Assembly (NCBI GenBank): GCA_001600695.1
Contig: BCKQ01000007.1
Coordinates: 94,040-158,039 of the forward strand
DNA length: 64,000 bases
Source of the DNA: Ascoidea asiatica JCM 7603
Lineage: Eukaryota > Fungi > Ascomycota
Direction of reading: 5' to 3'
Positions 1 to 12,050 of the stretch are shown one piece after another. The notes beneath the pieces were generated by a model. It did no database searches and was not told where the DNA came from. It worked only from the letters and a program-made list of their open reading frames with translations. Every line of letters starts with the position of its first letter. Position 1 is the stretch's first letter. The position numbers and the translations under genes are program-made.

Positions 1-902
1 CAAGTGGTATAGCTAAACTAAATGATAATGTTTTATGACATTCTTGTAAAATAATTGCTGTGAAAATATCTCTTAAATTTTTTTTAAATTTATTATTTGG
101 AAAATTTTCTTTAAAAAATTTATCAATTTTTATTAAATCATTTTGAATAACTGCAATTAAATCATCACTATCAATTTTTGAAACAAATGAACTACTACTT
201 TGTCTTGCAATTGCAACAGCAACTGCTAATCTTTCTTTTGGTGAAGGCCAATAAATTTCTTTTGAGAAAACTCTTTCTGCTATATTTAAATGAAGTTTAA
301 AATCTATTGATGATAATGAAACATATGAAAGTAAATTTGGTGAAAAACAACAATAAATTGGCTTAAAGTTTATATTTGATAATTTAAATCCAACATCAAA
401 TAAACTTCCAATAGTATTTGGTAATTGAAAATCTAATTGATTCTCATTTTCATTTTCATTATCTTTATCTTTATCTTTATCTTTATCTTTATCTTTATTT
501 TTATCCTCAATTTTTAAAGTTAATTTTGGATCAATCAATTTTAAAGTATTTCTATCTCTAATTTCAATTTCACCATTAATAAAACAAAAATATAATAATG
601 TAAAAGTTATATCTGTTCCAATTGATAATAATGGTAAAAATGAATTTATTATATTTTTTTTAACAAGTGTATGATCTCCTTTATTCGATATTTTTTCAAA
701 ATTATTACTATTATTATTTATATTATTATCTTCATTTTCAATTTCATTTTCAATTGTAGAATTTATATTTATAGTTGTTAAACCATTTTCTTTATTTAAA
801 TTTTCAATCCAAGAAGAATTAGAATTATTAAAATCTATTTGACTTCCTGCAAAAATAGTAGAACAAGTTTTATCTGAAGGAGAACTATATAAATCATAAT
901 CA

Positions 903-939
<37 letters not shown>

Positions 940-2665
940 TATTATTTTCATTATTATCATTATTTTCATTAGAATCATCAGTTTTCTTAATTTTATCTAT
1001 ATTAAAACGATATGTGGTACTATTGATATTATTTTTTTGATTTTTTGAATTTAAAGAATATAAAGATAAAAAAATATCAATTTTTGAATTATAACCATAA
1101 TCTTGAATTCTTTGTGGAGAAAAAGATTTTAATAAAGTTGGATAATGAAAATTATCATTTAAATTTTTTTTTGGTATAAATTTAGATAAAATATTTTTAA
1201 TTTCAAAACTTGGTGGTATTCTTTCAAGAATATCTTTACCTTTTGAAGAAATATTTTGATCTAATTTTGCTAAGAATTCCCAATTAATTTCAATTTCATA
1301 AATATTTAATAAATAATTAAATTTATTAAAAGTTGTTAAAATTATTGAAGTTTTATCTTTAAATGAAAAATCTGCTAAGGATATAAGATTATTTTTATTA
1401 TTAATAACATTTTTTTCAATATTTTCATCGTTATTTTCATCGTTATTTTTATCGTTATTTTTATCACTATTTTTTGTGCTATTATTATTATATAAGTAAG
1501 TTGAAATTTTATTATAATCTAAACCATGATCACCTTGATACCATAAAATTAATTGAGAATTTTTTCTAAGACCTATACAAGCTTGTTTTCTTGAAATTGG
1601 ATGAGAAACAATATCTTTAGTTGGAGAAAAACTATATAAATAAGAAGTTTTAGTTGAAGAATATTCTAAACCATATTGTAAAGAATCAGAATTATTATGA
1701 ACTTTAACAGCAGGTTTTAAATAACCTAATTTTTTATTGATATGTAACCATTCAAGAGCAATAATATTTGAGTTGTTAGAGTTAGAGTTAGAATATTGAG
1801 AATTAAATTTTGAGTTTGAATTTGAATTTGAATTTGAAGATTGAATTTGATTTAAATAATTATTTGAATAATCATTTGAAACATTTAAATAAAAATTATC
1901 AGGAGGAGTTTCACCTTGAAAATATAAAGTATCTTGATAAATTAATTCTAAAGAAGTTAAACAAGAAGTTGAAAATAAAGATGGATTAATTTTTGAAGTA
2001 TCTGATGGACCTGAATTTGAATTTGAATTTAAATTAGATTTAGTATTTAGATTTATTGAAGATTTTAATTTATTATTTAAATTTGAATTTAAATTTATTG
2101 AGATTTTTCTATTTTTTTCAATTCCAGAAACTAAAATTGACATATTACCTTGATTATCAACACAAGCTAAATCAGTACCAGTATGACTAAATTTTATCAT
2201 ATTTAAAGGTTTGATTCTATTTGATTCAATCCGAGGTTTTTTATGAGGATTATTATTATTATAATTATTATTATTGTTATTGATTTCATTATCATTTTCA
2301 TTTTCAATTGATGGTTTTATTTTTGCTTTTTTCAATGATTTATTTAATGATTTATTTGGTGATTGATTTGAAGTTTGACTTGCAGTTTGACTTGCAGTTT
2401 GACTTGAAATACTTGAAGTTTGACTTGAAGATGAATCTAACTGTAAATCATTTATAGATGAATTTATATCAACTATTGAATAACCTTTTGGATCAGATAA
2501 TTTCCATTGATTTCCATTATAACAAACTAAATGAGAAATTAATAAATTATATTGACTATTTAAATTCGGATTTGCATAGGCTATCACACCTTTAACTGAC
2601 CAAGATATTTTATTTTCATTGAGGTTGGTAATAGAATTTGATAATGATGAATCTTCTTCTGACAT
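1..2665 (-). CDS. SIN4: Mediator tail subunit Med16/Sin4 (3' end beyond the left edge of the window)
   Basis: ATG at 2665 (-) gives MSEEDSSLSNSITNLNENKISWSVKGVIAYANPN...LLISHLVCYNGNQWKL, matching the Sin4 N-terminal 'SWSxxGxIAY...NGxxW' pattern. The same frame still reads as protein at the window edge (...CHKTLSFSLAIPL). It is absent from the ORF track, presumably because no stop lies inside the window. Confidence 0.88.
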
Positions 2666-2779
2666 TAGTTTTATTATTATTATAGTACACTTTTGATATT
2701 GATATCATTTACTTCTATCATTATCATTATCATTATCATTATCATTATATTCAGAATCGATGTTATTGCCACCATAAAC

Positions 2780-3060
2780 ACCATAAACACGAATGCCAGC
2801 AATGTCTCCAGTGTCTCCAGTGTCTCCAGTGTCTCCAGTGTTTATTGTTAATTCTTCTTTCTTCTTTGTTTTTGCTTCTTTCTTCGGTTTTCATTTCTTC
2901 GCTGCTTCCGTTGCTCGATCCGGAAAAAGGATCCATACAAGTGTAAAACACCGGCTTCCATGGCACGGACTAGCACGGCCGGGCACGGTTTGGTTCCAAA
3001 ACACGCCAAAAGCAAATTAACGCTGGATGTTGGACGTAAGTCACGGGACTGCGTGTTATT
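2780..3060. promoter_or_regulatory. GC-rich divergent promoter island between SIN4 and SRM1
   Basis: Local GC enrichment between head-to-head ATGs at 2665(-) and 3483(+). Includes a 9-bp (TGTCTCCAG)x4 tandem repeat and three GCACGG motifs. Confidence 0.55.
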
Positions 3061-3482
3061 TTTTTTCTGGTTTTTAATTGATTTTACTTTAACTTAATTT
3101 GTTTGAAAAATAAACAAGGAATTTTTATAGAAAAAATGAAATGAAAACAAAGCAAAAAAGAAAACATTGTAAAAAAAATAGAGAAAATTCGCCAAAATAA
3201 TACTTAAAATATATATTTAATAAATTTTAGGAAATAATAAGAAAAAAATTCATAAAAATTCATAAATATTTGATAATTATTAAGAAAAATCAATTAAAAA
3301 TTAATCTAAATTTTACATTTGATTGAATTAGAAATTTATCTTAAAAAGAATTGAAAATTTTAATAAATAGATAAATAAATAAAAATTGATATTAAAAATT
3401 CAAATAATTTAAAAACTGAATAATTAAATAATTAAATAATTAAATAATTAAATAATTAAATAATTAAATAATTTTTAAAAAA

Positions 3483-5492
3483 ATGTCAAGAAAGAGATTT
3501 AGAATGGCATCACATGAAGAAGATCTTGATGATTTTGAAATTAGTGAACCTGAAGAAAATGATGAAAATATGGAGAATAATAAAAAAACAAAATTAGAAA
3601 ATAGTCTGGCTACTTCAAGTACAAAAATTATAATTAAAAGAAAAAGAGGAAGACCAAAGAGTACTGCTACTAAAATAAAAGTAAATTCACATCCAAATTC
3701 AAATTCAAATTCTATATCTACAATTAAAAGATCTGTAGGTAGACCAAGATCAAAAAATTCAAATGAACCAAAAGATGTAAAAGAATCTAAAGAAGTGAAA
3801 AGTTCTCAACCTGTTAAAAAAACTAGAGGTAGAAAACCTGCTGTGAAAAAAGTAGAAGAAAAGAAAGAAGTAGAAGAAAAAGAAAAAGAAGAAGATGATG
3901 AGGATATGAATTTAGAAGAAGAGCATGTTGACGAAGAAAATCATGAAGAAGAAGAAGAAAAAGAAGCTAAAATTAGTAAGTCCAAAAAACATTTAATAAA
4001 AGAAAAAAAAGAAGAAGAAGAAGAAGAAGATGAAGAAAAAGAATCAAATAATCTTGAAGAAAAATCTAGTCCAAAAAAAAAAAAAAAAATAGTACCAATA
4101 ATGAAATCTCTTTATAAACCACCCAAACCAAAAAGATCAAAAAAAATTCCATTAAATAAAATTCCTTCTGAAAAAACTAAAACTTTAGATGTTTTTGTTT
4201 GGGGTACAGGTGATATGTGTGAACTTGGTCTTGGTCCATCTTCAAAAACAAAACAAGTTAAAAGACCAAGATTATCACCATTTTTATCAAGAGATAAAGT
4301 TGGAGTTGTTGATATAGTTGCAGGTGGTATGCATTCTTTAGCTTTAGATTCTAAAAATCAACTTTGGTCTTGGGGTACAAATGATAGTGGAGCTTTAGGT
4401 AGAGATACAACATCTGCAGAAATTGTTCATGATATTAAAGATGATGATGATGATGATGAAGATGGTGATTTAAATCCACTTGAATCAACTCCAGGTTTAG
4501 TTCAATTTTTACCTTATGATCCAAAAGAATATCCAAATATTAAAATTATTCAATTAGCTGCAACAGATAATTTATCAGCAATTTTATATTCAACTGGAGA
4601 AGTATTTTCTTGGGGTACATTTAGATGTAATGAAGGTATACTTGGATTTTCAGAAAATATTGAAATTCAAAAATATCCAACAAAAATTAATGATTTAATT
4701 AATATTATTCAAATTTGTTCAGGTAAAGATCATTTATTAGCATTAAATTCATCAGGTAGAATTTATGGTTGGGGTAGTGGACAACAATATCAATTAGGTA
4801 GAAAAATTCTTGAAAGAACAAGATTAAGAACTTTAAGACCAGCATTATTTGGTTTAAAAAATATAAAATATATTGGATCTGGAGAATCACATTCTTTCGC
4901 AATTGATATTAATGATAAAGTTTATTCATGGGGTTTAAATCAATTTGGACAATGTGGTACAGAAAAAGAACTTTATGATGGATCAGTTGTTGAAAGTCCA
5001 AAAATTATTAAAGAATTAAGTGGTAAGAATATTATTCAAATTGAAGGTGGTGAACATCATAGTCTTGCAATTAATAAAGATGGTGATATTTATGTATTTG
5101 GTAGATATGATATGAATGAAATTGGAATTTCTAAAGAACAATTAAAAAAAATTGATTATAGTTTTAAAGGAACAAATGGAGAAATTAGAGCAGTACCATT
5201 ACCAACAAAATTAGAAAATGTACCAAAATTTAAAAAAATTGCAGCTGGATCACATCATTCACTTGCAATTACCTTTGATGGAATTGTATTTTCTTGGGGA
5301 TTTTGTGAAACATATGCAGTTGGATTAGGAAATTTAGATGAAGATGTTGAAATTCCAACAAGAATTAAAAATACAGCAACTCAAGAACATGATATTAAAT
5401 TAATATCAGCAGGAGGACAATTTTCTCTTTCCGCAGGAAGTAGATTAACTCCAGAAGAAGCAGATAAAAGGGAAGATAATTATGAGGAATGA
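3483..5492 (+). CDS. SRM1: RCC1-family Ran (Gsp1) guanine nucleotide exchange factor
   Basis: RCC1 repeats (VFVWGTGDMCELGLG, AGGMHSLAL, WSWGTNDSGALGR, GKDHLLAL, YSWGLNQFGQCG, AAGSHHSLA, SAGGQFS) after a long basic/acidic N-terminal tail. Confidence 0.95.
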   Translation: MSRKRFRMASHEEDLDDFEISEPEENDENMENNKKTKLENSLATSSTKIIIKRKRGRPKSTATKIKVNSHPNSNSNSISTIKRSVGRPRSKNSNEPKDVKESKEVKSSQPVKKTRGRKPAVKKVEEKKEVEEKEKEEDDEDMNLEEEHVDEENHEEEEEKEAKISKSKKHLIKEKKEEEEEEDEEKESNNLEEKSSPKKKKKIVPIMKSLYKPPKPKRSKKIPLNKIPSEKTKTLDVFVWGTGDMCELGLGPSSKTKQVKRPRLSPFLSRDKVGVVDIVAGGMHSLALDSKNQLWSWGTNDSGALGRDTTSAEIVHDIKDDDDDDEDGDLNPLESTPGLVQFLPYDPKEYPNIKIIQLAATDNLSAILYSTGEVFSWGTFRCNEGILGFSENIEIQKYPTKINDLINIIQICSGKDHLLALNSSGRIYGWGSGQQYQLGRKILERTRLRTLRPALFGLKNIKYIGSGESHSFAIDINDKVYSWGLNQFGQCGTEKELYDGSVVESPKIIKELSGKNIIQIEGGEHHSLAINKDGDIYVFGRYDMNEIGISKEQLKKIDYSFKGTNGEIRAVPLPTKLENVPKFKKIAAGSHHSLAITFDGIVFSWGFCETYAVGLGNLDEDVEIPTRIKNTATQEHDIKLISAGGQFSLSAGSRLTPEEADKREDNYEE

Positions 5493-6050
5493 ATATAAAT
5501 ATAATATATTTGAATAATTTTTCTTTAAAGCAATTAATGAGTGTATTTAATGTGTTTTAAAAAGAAATCATTCAAATTTGATTATTTCCCATTCAATTTC
5601 TGTCATATTGTTTAGATTCTGATGTAATTTTAAGAAAATCAAAAAAATCAAAAAATCAAAAAAAAATTATTATGGAAAGTCACTTTTTTTTTTTGTTATT
5701 GTTGAACTTTTATTAAGAGAAGATTATCTTTTTTTATTATCTTATCCCTTTTTTATCTATACATTTTTTTATTTTGTTTGTTTTTGTTTACTAATCTTAC
5801 TTACTTATTTATTTATTCATTGAAAAAAAAAAAGTTCTAATTTTATCAGACTCTGATGATTATTAAATTGGAGATTTTATTTAGTTTAAAAGTTGTATTA
5901 TCATCATATCATTATTCTTCTTATCTTAATTTTATTGTACGTTTATTAAATATCAGTTATTTTTAATTATAATAGTTTGTAGATATGCAATATCAGTAAT
6001 ATAATTGTATTTGCTAGTAGAATACAGTATAAACCAAACCTCATTCCGAG

Positions 6051-6064
6051 TTTCCTAATTGGGA
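6051..6064. promoter_or_regulatory. Mcm1-type MADS-box site (TTTCCTAATTGGGA)
   Basis: Matches the CC-N6-GG Mcm1 consensus. A near-identical TTCCTAATTGGGAA occurs at 19719 and TTCCTATTTAGGAA at 63751. Confidence 0.4.
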
Positions 6065-6205
6065 TGTGCGTCCTGTAATGGGAGGGGTGTGTCCCTGAAT
6101 ACGTTGTCCTAAACCCACTCTATGTCCCTATTCACTTATTGCTAGCATCTATAAATACCTAGTGGTACAATTGTAATAGATAACTATACTGAATAAACAT
6201 GTAAA

Positions 6206-6311
6206 GGCATTGTGGCCGAGTGGTTAAGGCGAAAGACTTGAATACAACCGTTCGATTGGTTCAGGGCATCTTTTGGGATTTCCCGCGCAGGTTCGAGTCC
6301 TGCCAATGTCG
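6206..6311 (+). tRNA. tRNA-Ser(UGA) with a 25-nt intron (6243-6267)
   Basis: Acceptor stem GGCATTG/CAATGTC with G73. D-arm TGGCCGAGTGGTTAAGGC. Anticodon stem AAAGA/TCTTT with loop CT-TGA-A^A. Long variable arm GGG-ATTT-CCC. T-arm GCAGG-TTCGAGT-CCTGC. A T-run Pol III terminator follows directly. Confidence 0.95.
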
Positions 6312-6340
6312 TTATTTTTTACTTGTTGTTATGTAACCAA

Positions 6341-6504
6341 TGACTAAGGGCTCCCGTGACTGTGGACTCTCTTTTTTTTGTGCTCTTTTCGCCTGGGTGG
6401 CACTGGCATCAGAAGCAGCGAGAGTCGACTCATTTCACGTGATCTTCCGTCCCCAACTTACTTAACTTACTTAACTTACTGAATTAACTCTCATAAAACT
6501 GTGA
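6341..6504 (+). promoter_or_regulatory. Sulfur-regulon promoter elements of MET17
   Basis: TCACGTGA (Cbf1) at 6435-6442, AAACTGTG (Met31/32-like) at 6496-6503, ACTGTGG near 6359, and TGACTAA (bZIP-like) at 6341. This is the combination known from MET gene promoters. Confidence 0.7.
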
Positions 6505-6843
6505 GTACTTTAAACACTCAGGGATATCAATAACTTAATAACGTAATATCAAAAGTATGGAGAACTTCAATCACCATACTGCTCTGCTCTGCTCTGCTCA
6601 ACTCCTGGAAATTGAAATATAAAGATATTGATTTCCTGTGTTTTTTCTTTTCAATTATGATTTCTCTTCAATTTCTTTTCAATTGCATTTCTTTTTATAT
6701 CTAGATTTATATTGATATTTTTTATTCATATTTATTTCAATTATCATTACAACTGAAATACTTTTATATCTTTTTGAAAAATCAAATCATTAATTTCATT
6801 ATAATCATTATAATCATTATAATCATTATAATCGCTAATATAA

Positions 6844-8193
<1,350 letters not shown>

Positions 8194-8552
8194 TCTAACT
8201 TACTTGTTTATCTTATTCCCTATTTATATATTTTCTTATTAATCTTTCACTTTCAATTTAATTTAATGTTATAATGATTTGTTTTACCAAAATTAATTTA
8301 ATTTCTTCATTCACCATAATAATAACTGTAGTAATAACCGTAGTAATTTATAGTACCATCATACTGGTTTTTTAAAAAAACACTTTTTTACCGTAAATTT
8401 CATTGTTTTTTTTTGTTTATTGAAATAAAATTAATATTTATTTCTGAATATTTCCACTTCTTTTGATTGATTTATTTCAAATCTTTTGATTCACATCCAA
8501 TAATTTTAACAATTCCAACAATTCCAAATTAATTCAATTAAATCAATTAAAA

Positions 8553-11495
8553 ATGGATGAATTACCTTTTGATCCATATATTCCAGTCATTTCAGAATCT
8601 GAAAACCAATTATTAACAAATCAATTAGTTAAAAATCTTAAAAATTTAATTGGTAATGATTCAAATTCAAAAAATTCAAAAAAAAAAGGTATTCCAATGA
8701 TTAATACTTTTAAAATCTTTGATAATGATCAAATTCAATTAGATTCTTATAAATTTAATGAATGGGATTATGGTAAAGATAATTTAATATTACCAATTAA
8801 TTCAAGAGGTTTATTTTTATTAAATGAAAAAAATTTAAATTTAAATAATTTTAATGAAAAAATTATTATTAGAGGTTATGATAAATTTTTTAATATTAAT
8901 GAATTAATTAAAACTTCTTGGAATTATTTAAATCAAAATACAATTGGTCCTTATGAATTAACTTTAAAAGAAAATGGTTGTATAATTTTTATTTCTTCAA
9001 TTTGTATTAATAAAAATTTAAATAAATTTCAATTAATTATAACTTCAAAACATTCAACTGGTTATAGAAATGATACTCAAAAAAATCATGCATTATATGG
9101 AAAATTATTATTAGAAAAACAATTAATTTCTTTAAATATTAATATAAATAAATTTTCTTCATTATTATATAATTTAAATATAACTTTAATTTGTGAATTA
9201 TGTGATGATTCTTTTGAAGAACATATTATAAGATATTCAAAATTAAATTCAGGTTTATATTTACATGGAATTAATTATAATTCTCCAATTTTTCAAACTT
9301 ATCCAATGGAAAAAGTAAATAAATTTGCTGAATTATATGGTTTTAAAAAAATTAATTATTTAATAAAAGAAAATTTTAAAGATTTAAAAAAATTCTTAAC
9401 TGATTGTTCATTAACTGGTACTTATAATAATAAAGAAATTGAAGGTTTTGTAATAAGATGTAAAATAATTGATGATAATAATAATAAAAGAGATTATTTT
9501 TGGAAATATAAATTTGATGAACCTTATTTAATGTATAGACAATGGAGAGAATTAACAAAAAAATATATTTCTGGTCAATCATGGACAAAAATTATTAATA
9601 GTATTAAAAATCATAAACAAATTTCTATTCGATATTTAAAATTTATTGCTCCAATACTTAAAAATAATGAATTTTTAAGTAAACAATATCAATTAGGTCA
9701 TGGAATTATTCAATTAAGAGAACTTTTCTTAAAACATATTAATCAAACTGGATATTTAGTTGCAAAAGATGATAATGAAGAAGAAGAGAATAAGGAAGAA
9801 GATAAAATAAATACAGAAGACAATGTGAATAAAAGTAAAAGAATGATTCTTGAAGAAGCTGAAAATAGTAATGATTATTTAAAAGATAATAATCTTCAAA
9901 ATGATCTTGAAGAAATCATTGAAGAATTAACAGAATTATCAATAAAAGATAAAGATGCAACTTATTTAAATTTAGGTCATAATAATAAATTTGATAAACA
10001 AAGAAATATTCATACAAATCCAAAAGATCGAATAATTAAATATATTTTTATACCAGTTGCAACTATTGGATGTGGTAAAACAACTATTGGAGTTACTTTA
10101 AATAATTTATTTCCAACTTGGGGTCATATAGAAAATGATAATATACCAAATGGTAAAAAAAATAAAGATAAATTAATTTTAAATTCATTAGAATATTTAT
10201 CAAAAAATAGAGATGTTATATTCATTGATAGAAACAATCATCAATATAGAGAAAGAAAACAAATTTTTGATCAAATTGATAAATTTAAAGATGATATATT
10301 TAATAAAGAAAATGAATTATATAATATTGAATTTAAAATTATTTGTTTAAATTTTATTTCAAATCTTACAAAAAATTATCAAAATAGTAAAGATGAAAGA
10401 AATAAAGTTTGGAATTTAACATATTCAAGAGTTATTAATAGAGGTGATAATCACCAATGTATAAAACCAATTAGTGAAGGAAGTGAAAAAACAGAAAAAA
10501 TTATGAAAGGATTTTTAAATAGATTTCAACCTGTAAATATTAATCAATCGCCAGATAATCAATTTGATTTAATTATTGATTTAAAATGTGAATCGGAGAA
10601 TAATTCAAGAGAAAATATAGATATAATTTTAAATTCACTTTATAAAAAATATCCAGAAATGATACCTGAAGGTAAATTACCAAATTCAGAAACTATAAAT
10701 TTAGCATTTGAAAAAGCTCTTGAATATCAATCAATATATACAAAAATATTTCCAGAGGAGAAAAAAAATAAACTGATTGTAAATAAAGAAGTTAAACAAA
10801 AATCAGTAAAAAAAGTTAAGAAAAGGAAAGCAGTATTTCATTCTATAAGATTATTAGAAAATAATTTAATTATTTATAGAATTGAGAAACAAATTAAAGA
10901 TTCAAATTTCAATAATGGATTATTTGATATTTTAAAAAAATCTGATAGAATTCAAAAAAAAAGTCATGTAACTTTAATTCATGTTACTCAATATAAAACT
11001 GAAAAAAAAAATTTAGAAAATAATAATAATAGTAATAAAAAAATTTGTGAAATTTGGGAAAATTTTGATAAAATTATAGACAATTCAATTAATGATGAAA
11101 AAGATATAGTTAAAATTAATTGGAAATTAGGTTTTATTGATTTACCATTAATTGCGAAATTGAAACCATTAAGAATTGTATTTAATGATGATATTATATG
11201 TGTACATGTTAAGATTGAATCAATAAAAAAGAAAAATGAAGATGAGAATTTATTAGATGAAATCAATTCAGTTAATGAGTTTCCTCATATAACTATTGGA
11301 ACTAGAAATGAGAATATTAAACCAATGTTATCTAATAAGTTATTAAAAGATTGTGAAAAATTTATATTGAATAATTCTCAAGGTAATATTGGAGAAATAA
11401 ATGGACAACAAGTTTATATTTTAAATTGGATTTATAATGAAGAGGATAATGATGATGTATTATTTGATAATTTACCAATTTCTACATATTTTTAA
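8553..11495 (+). CDS. TRL1: Fungal trifunctional tRNA ligase (ligase-kinase-cyclic phosphodiesterase)
   Basis: RGYDKFFN, motif I TLKENGCII, SKHS, EEHI, EGFVIR, KYKFDEPYLMYRQWRE, kinase P-loop IGCGKTT, DRNNH, and two CPDase HxT motifs (HVTL, HITI). Confidence 0.96.
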   Translation: MDELPFDPYIPVISESENQLLTNQLVKNLKNLIGNDSNSKNSKKKGIPMINTFKIFDNDQIQLDSYKFNEWDYGKDNLILPINSRGLFLLNEKNLNLNNFNEKIIIRGYDKFFNINELIKTSWNYLNQNTIGPYELTLKENGCIIFISSICINKNLNKFQLIITSKHSTGYRNDTQKNHALYGKLLLEKQLISLNININKFSSLLYNLNITLICELCDDSFEEHIIRYSKLNSGLYLHGINYNSPIFQTYPMEKVNKFAELYGFKKINYLIKENFKDLKKFLTDCSLTGTYNNKEIEGFVIRCKIIDDNNNKRDYFWKYKFDEPYLMYRQWRELTKKYISGQSWTKIINSIKNHKQISIRYLKFIAPILKNNEFLSKQYQLGHGIIQLRELFLKHINQTGYLVAKDDNEEEENKEEDKINTEDNVNKSKRMILEEAENSNDYLKDNNLQNDLEEIIEELTELSIKDKDATYLNLGHNNKFDKQRNIHTNPKDRIIKYIFIPVATIGCGKTTIGVTLNNLFPTWGHIENDNIPNGKKNKDKLILNSLEYLSKNRDVIFIDRNNHQYRERKQIFDQIDKFKDDIFNKENELYNIEFKIICLNFISNLTKNYQNSKDERNKVWNLTYSRVINRGDNHQCIKPISEGSEKTEKIMKGFLNRFQPVNINQSPDNQFDLIIDLKCESENNSRENIDIILNSLYKKYPEMIPEGKLPNSETINLAFEKALEYQSIYTKIFPEEKKNKLIVNKEVKQKSVKKVKKRKAVFHSIRLLENNLIIYRIEKQIKDSNFNNGLFDILKKSDRIQKKSHVTLIHVTQYKTEKKNLENNNNSNKKICEIWENFDKIIDNSINDEKDIVKINWKLGFIDLPLIAKLKPLRIVFNDDIICVHVKIESIKKKNEDENLLDEINSVNEFPHITIGTRNENIKPMLSNKLLKDCEKFILNNSQGNIGEINGQQVYILNWIYNEEDNDDVLFDNLPISTYF

Positions 11496-11634
11496 TAAAT
11501 TATATATAAATAATGAATAGATTTTTATTTTTATTTTATTCTTTTTAGTTTTTTTAGTTTATATTTACAAGTTATGAATGAGTATGATTGATTGATTGAT
11601 TGATTTGATTATTATTGATATTCTAGATTAAAGG

Positions 11635-12050
11635 TCAATTTTTATCAAGTTGATTAGATAATTTTTCATTCACCACTTTATAACTGGGTATATTCATTGG
11701 ATCCATAAGATTATCTCTTTGAATTAACTGAAAAAAAAAAAGGAAATTGTTAGTTAATGAAAAATATTTAAGAATAATTAAGATAAAGATAATAAATATG
11801 AAAATAAATGAATACATACTTGACCCATTAATAAATTTGATTTATAATATTTTGTAACACATCTTTCAAGGCAAACATTTTCACCTTTATTTAATTCACT
11901 TTCACCATATTCATGTGGTATACATTTATCTCTACATGATTTCATCATTGTATTAAAAGTTGTAGCCATTGCATCAAATTGAACTTCAGCAATTTTAAGT
12001 TTTTCAGAATTAACTTCTTCATTTGCATCATGACTAAAAAATAATGACAT
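11635..12050 (-). CDS. TIM12: Mitochondrial small Tim chaperone Tim12, two exons: 12050-11820 and 11727-11635 (107 aa)
   Basis: Twin CX3C (CRDKC...CLERC) and EKLKIAEVQFDAM. Intron 11819-11728 has a GTATGT donor, TAACTAAC branch point, U-tract and CAG acceptor. Splicing joins ...LMGQ/LIQRDNLMDP...LDKN in frame. Confidence 0.9.

Noticed and set aside
2763-3020. ORFs with HWR and SPV repeats
   Set aside because: Both are translations of a 9-bp tandem repeat inside the SIN4/SRM1 promoter island.
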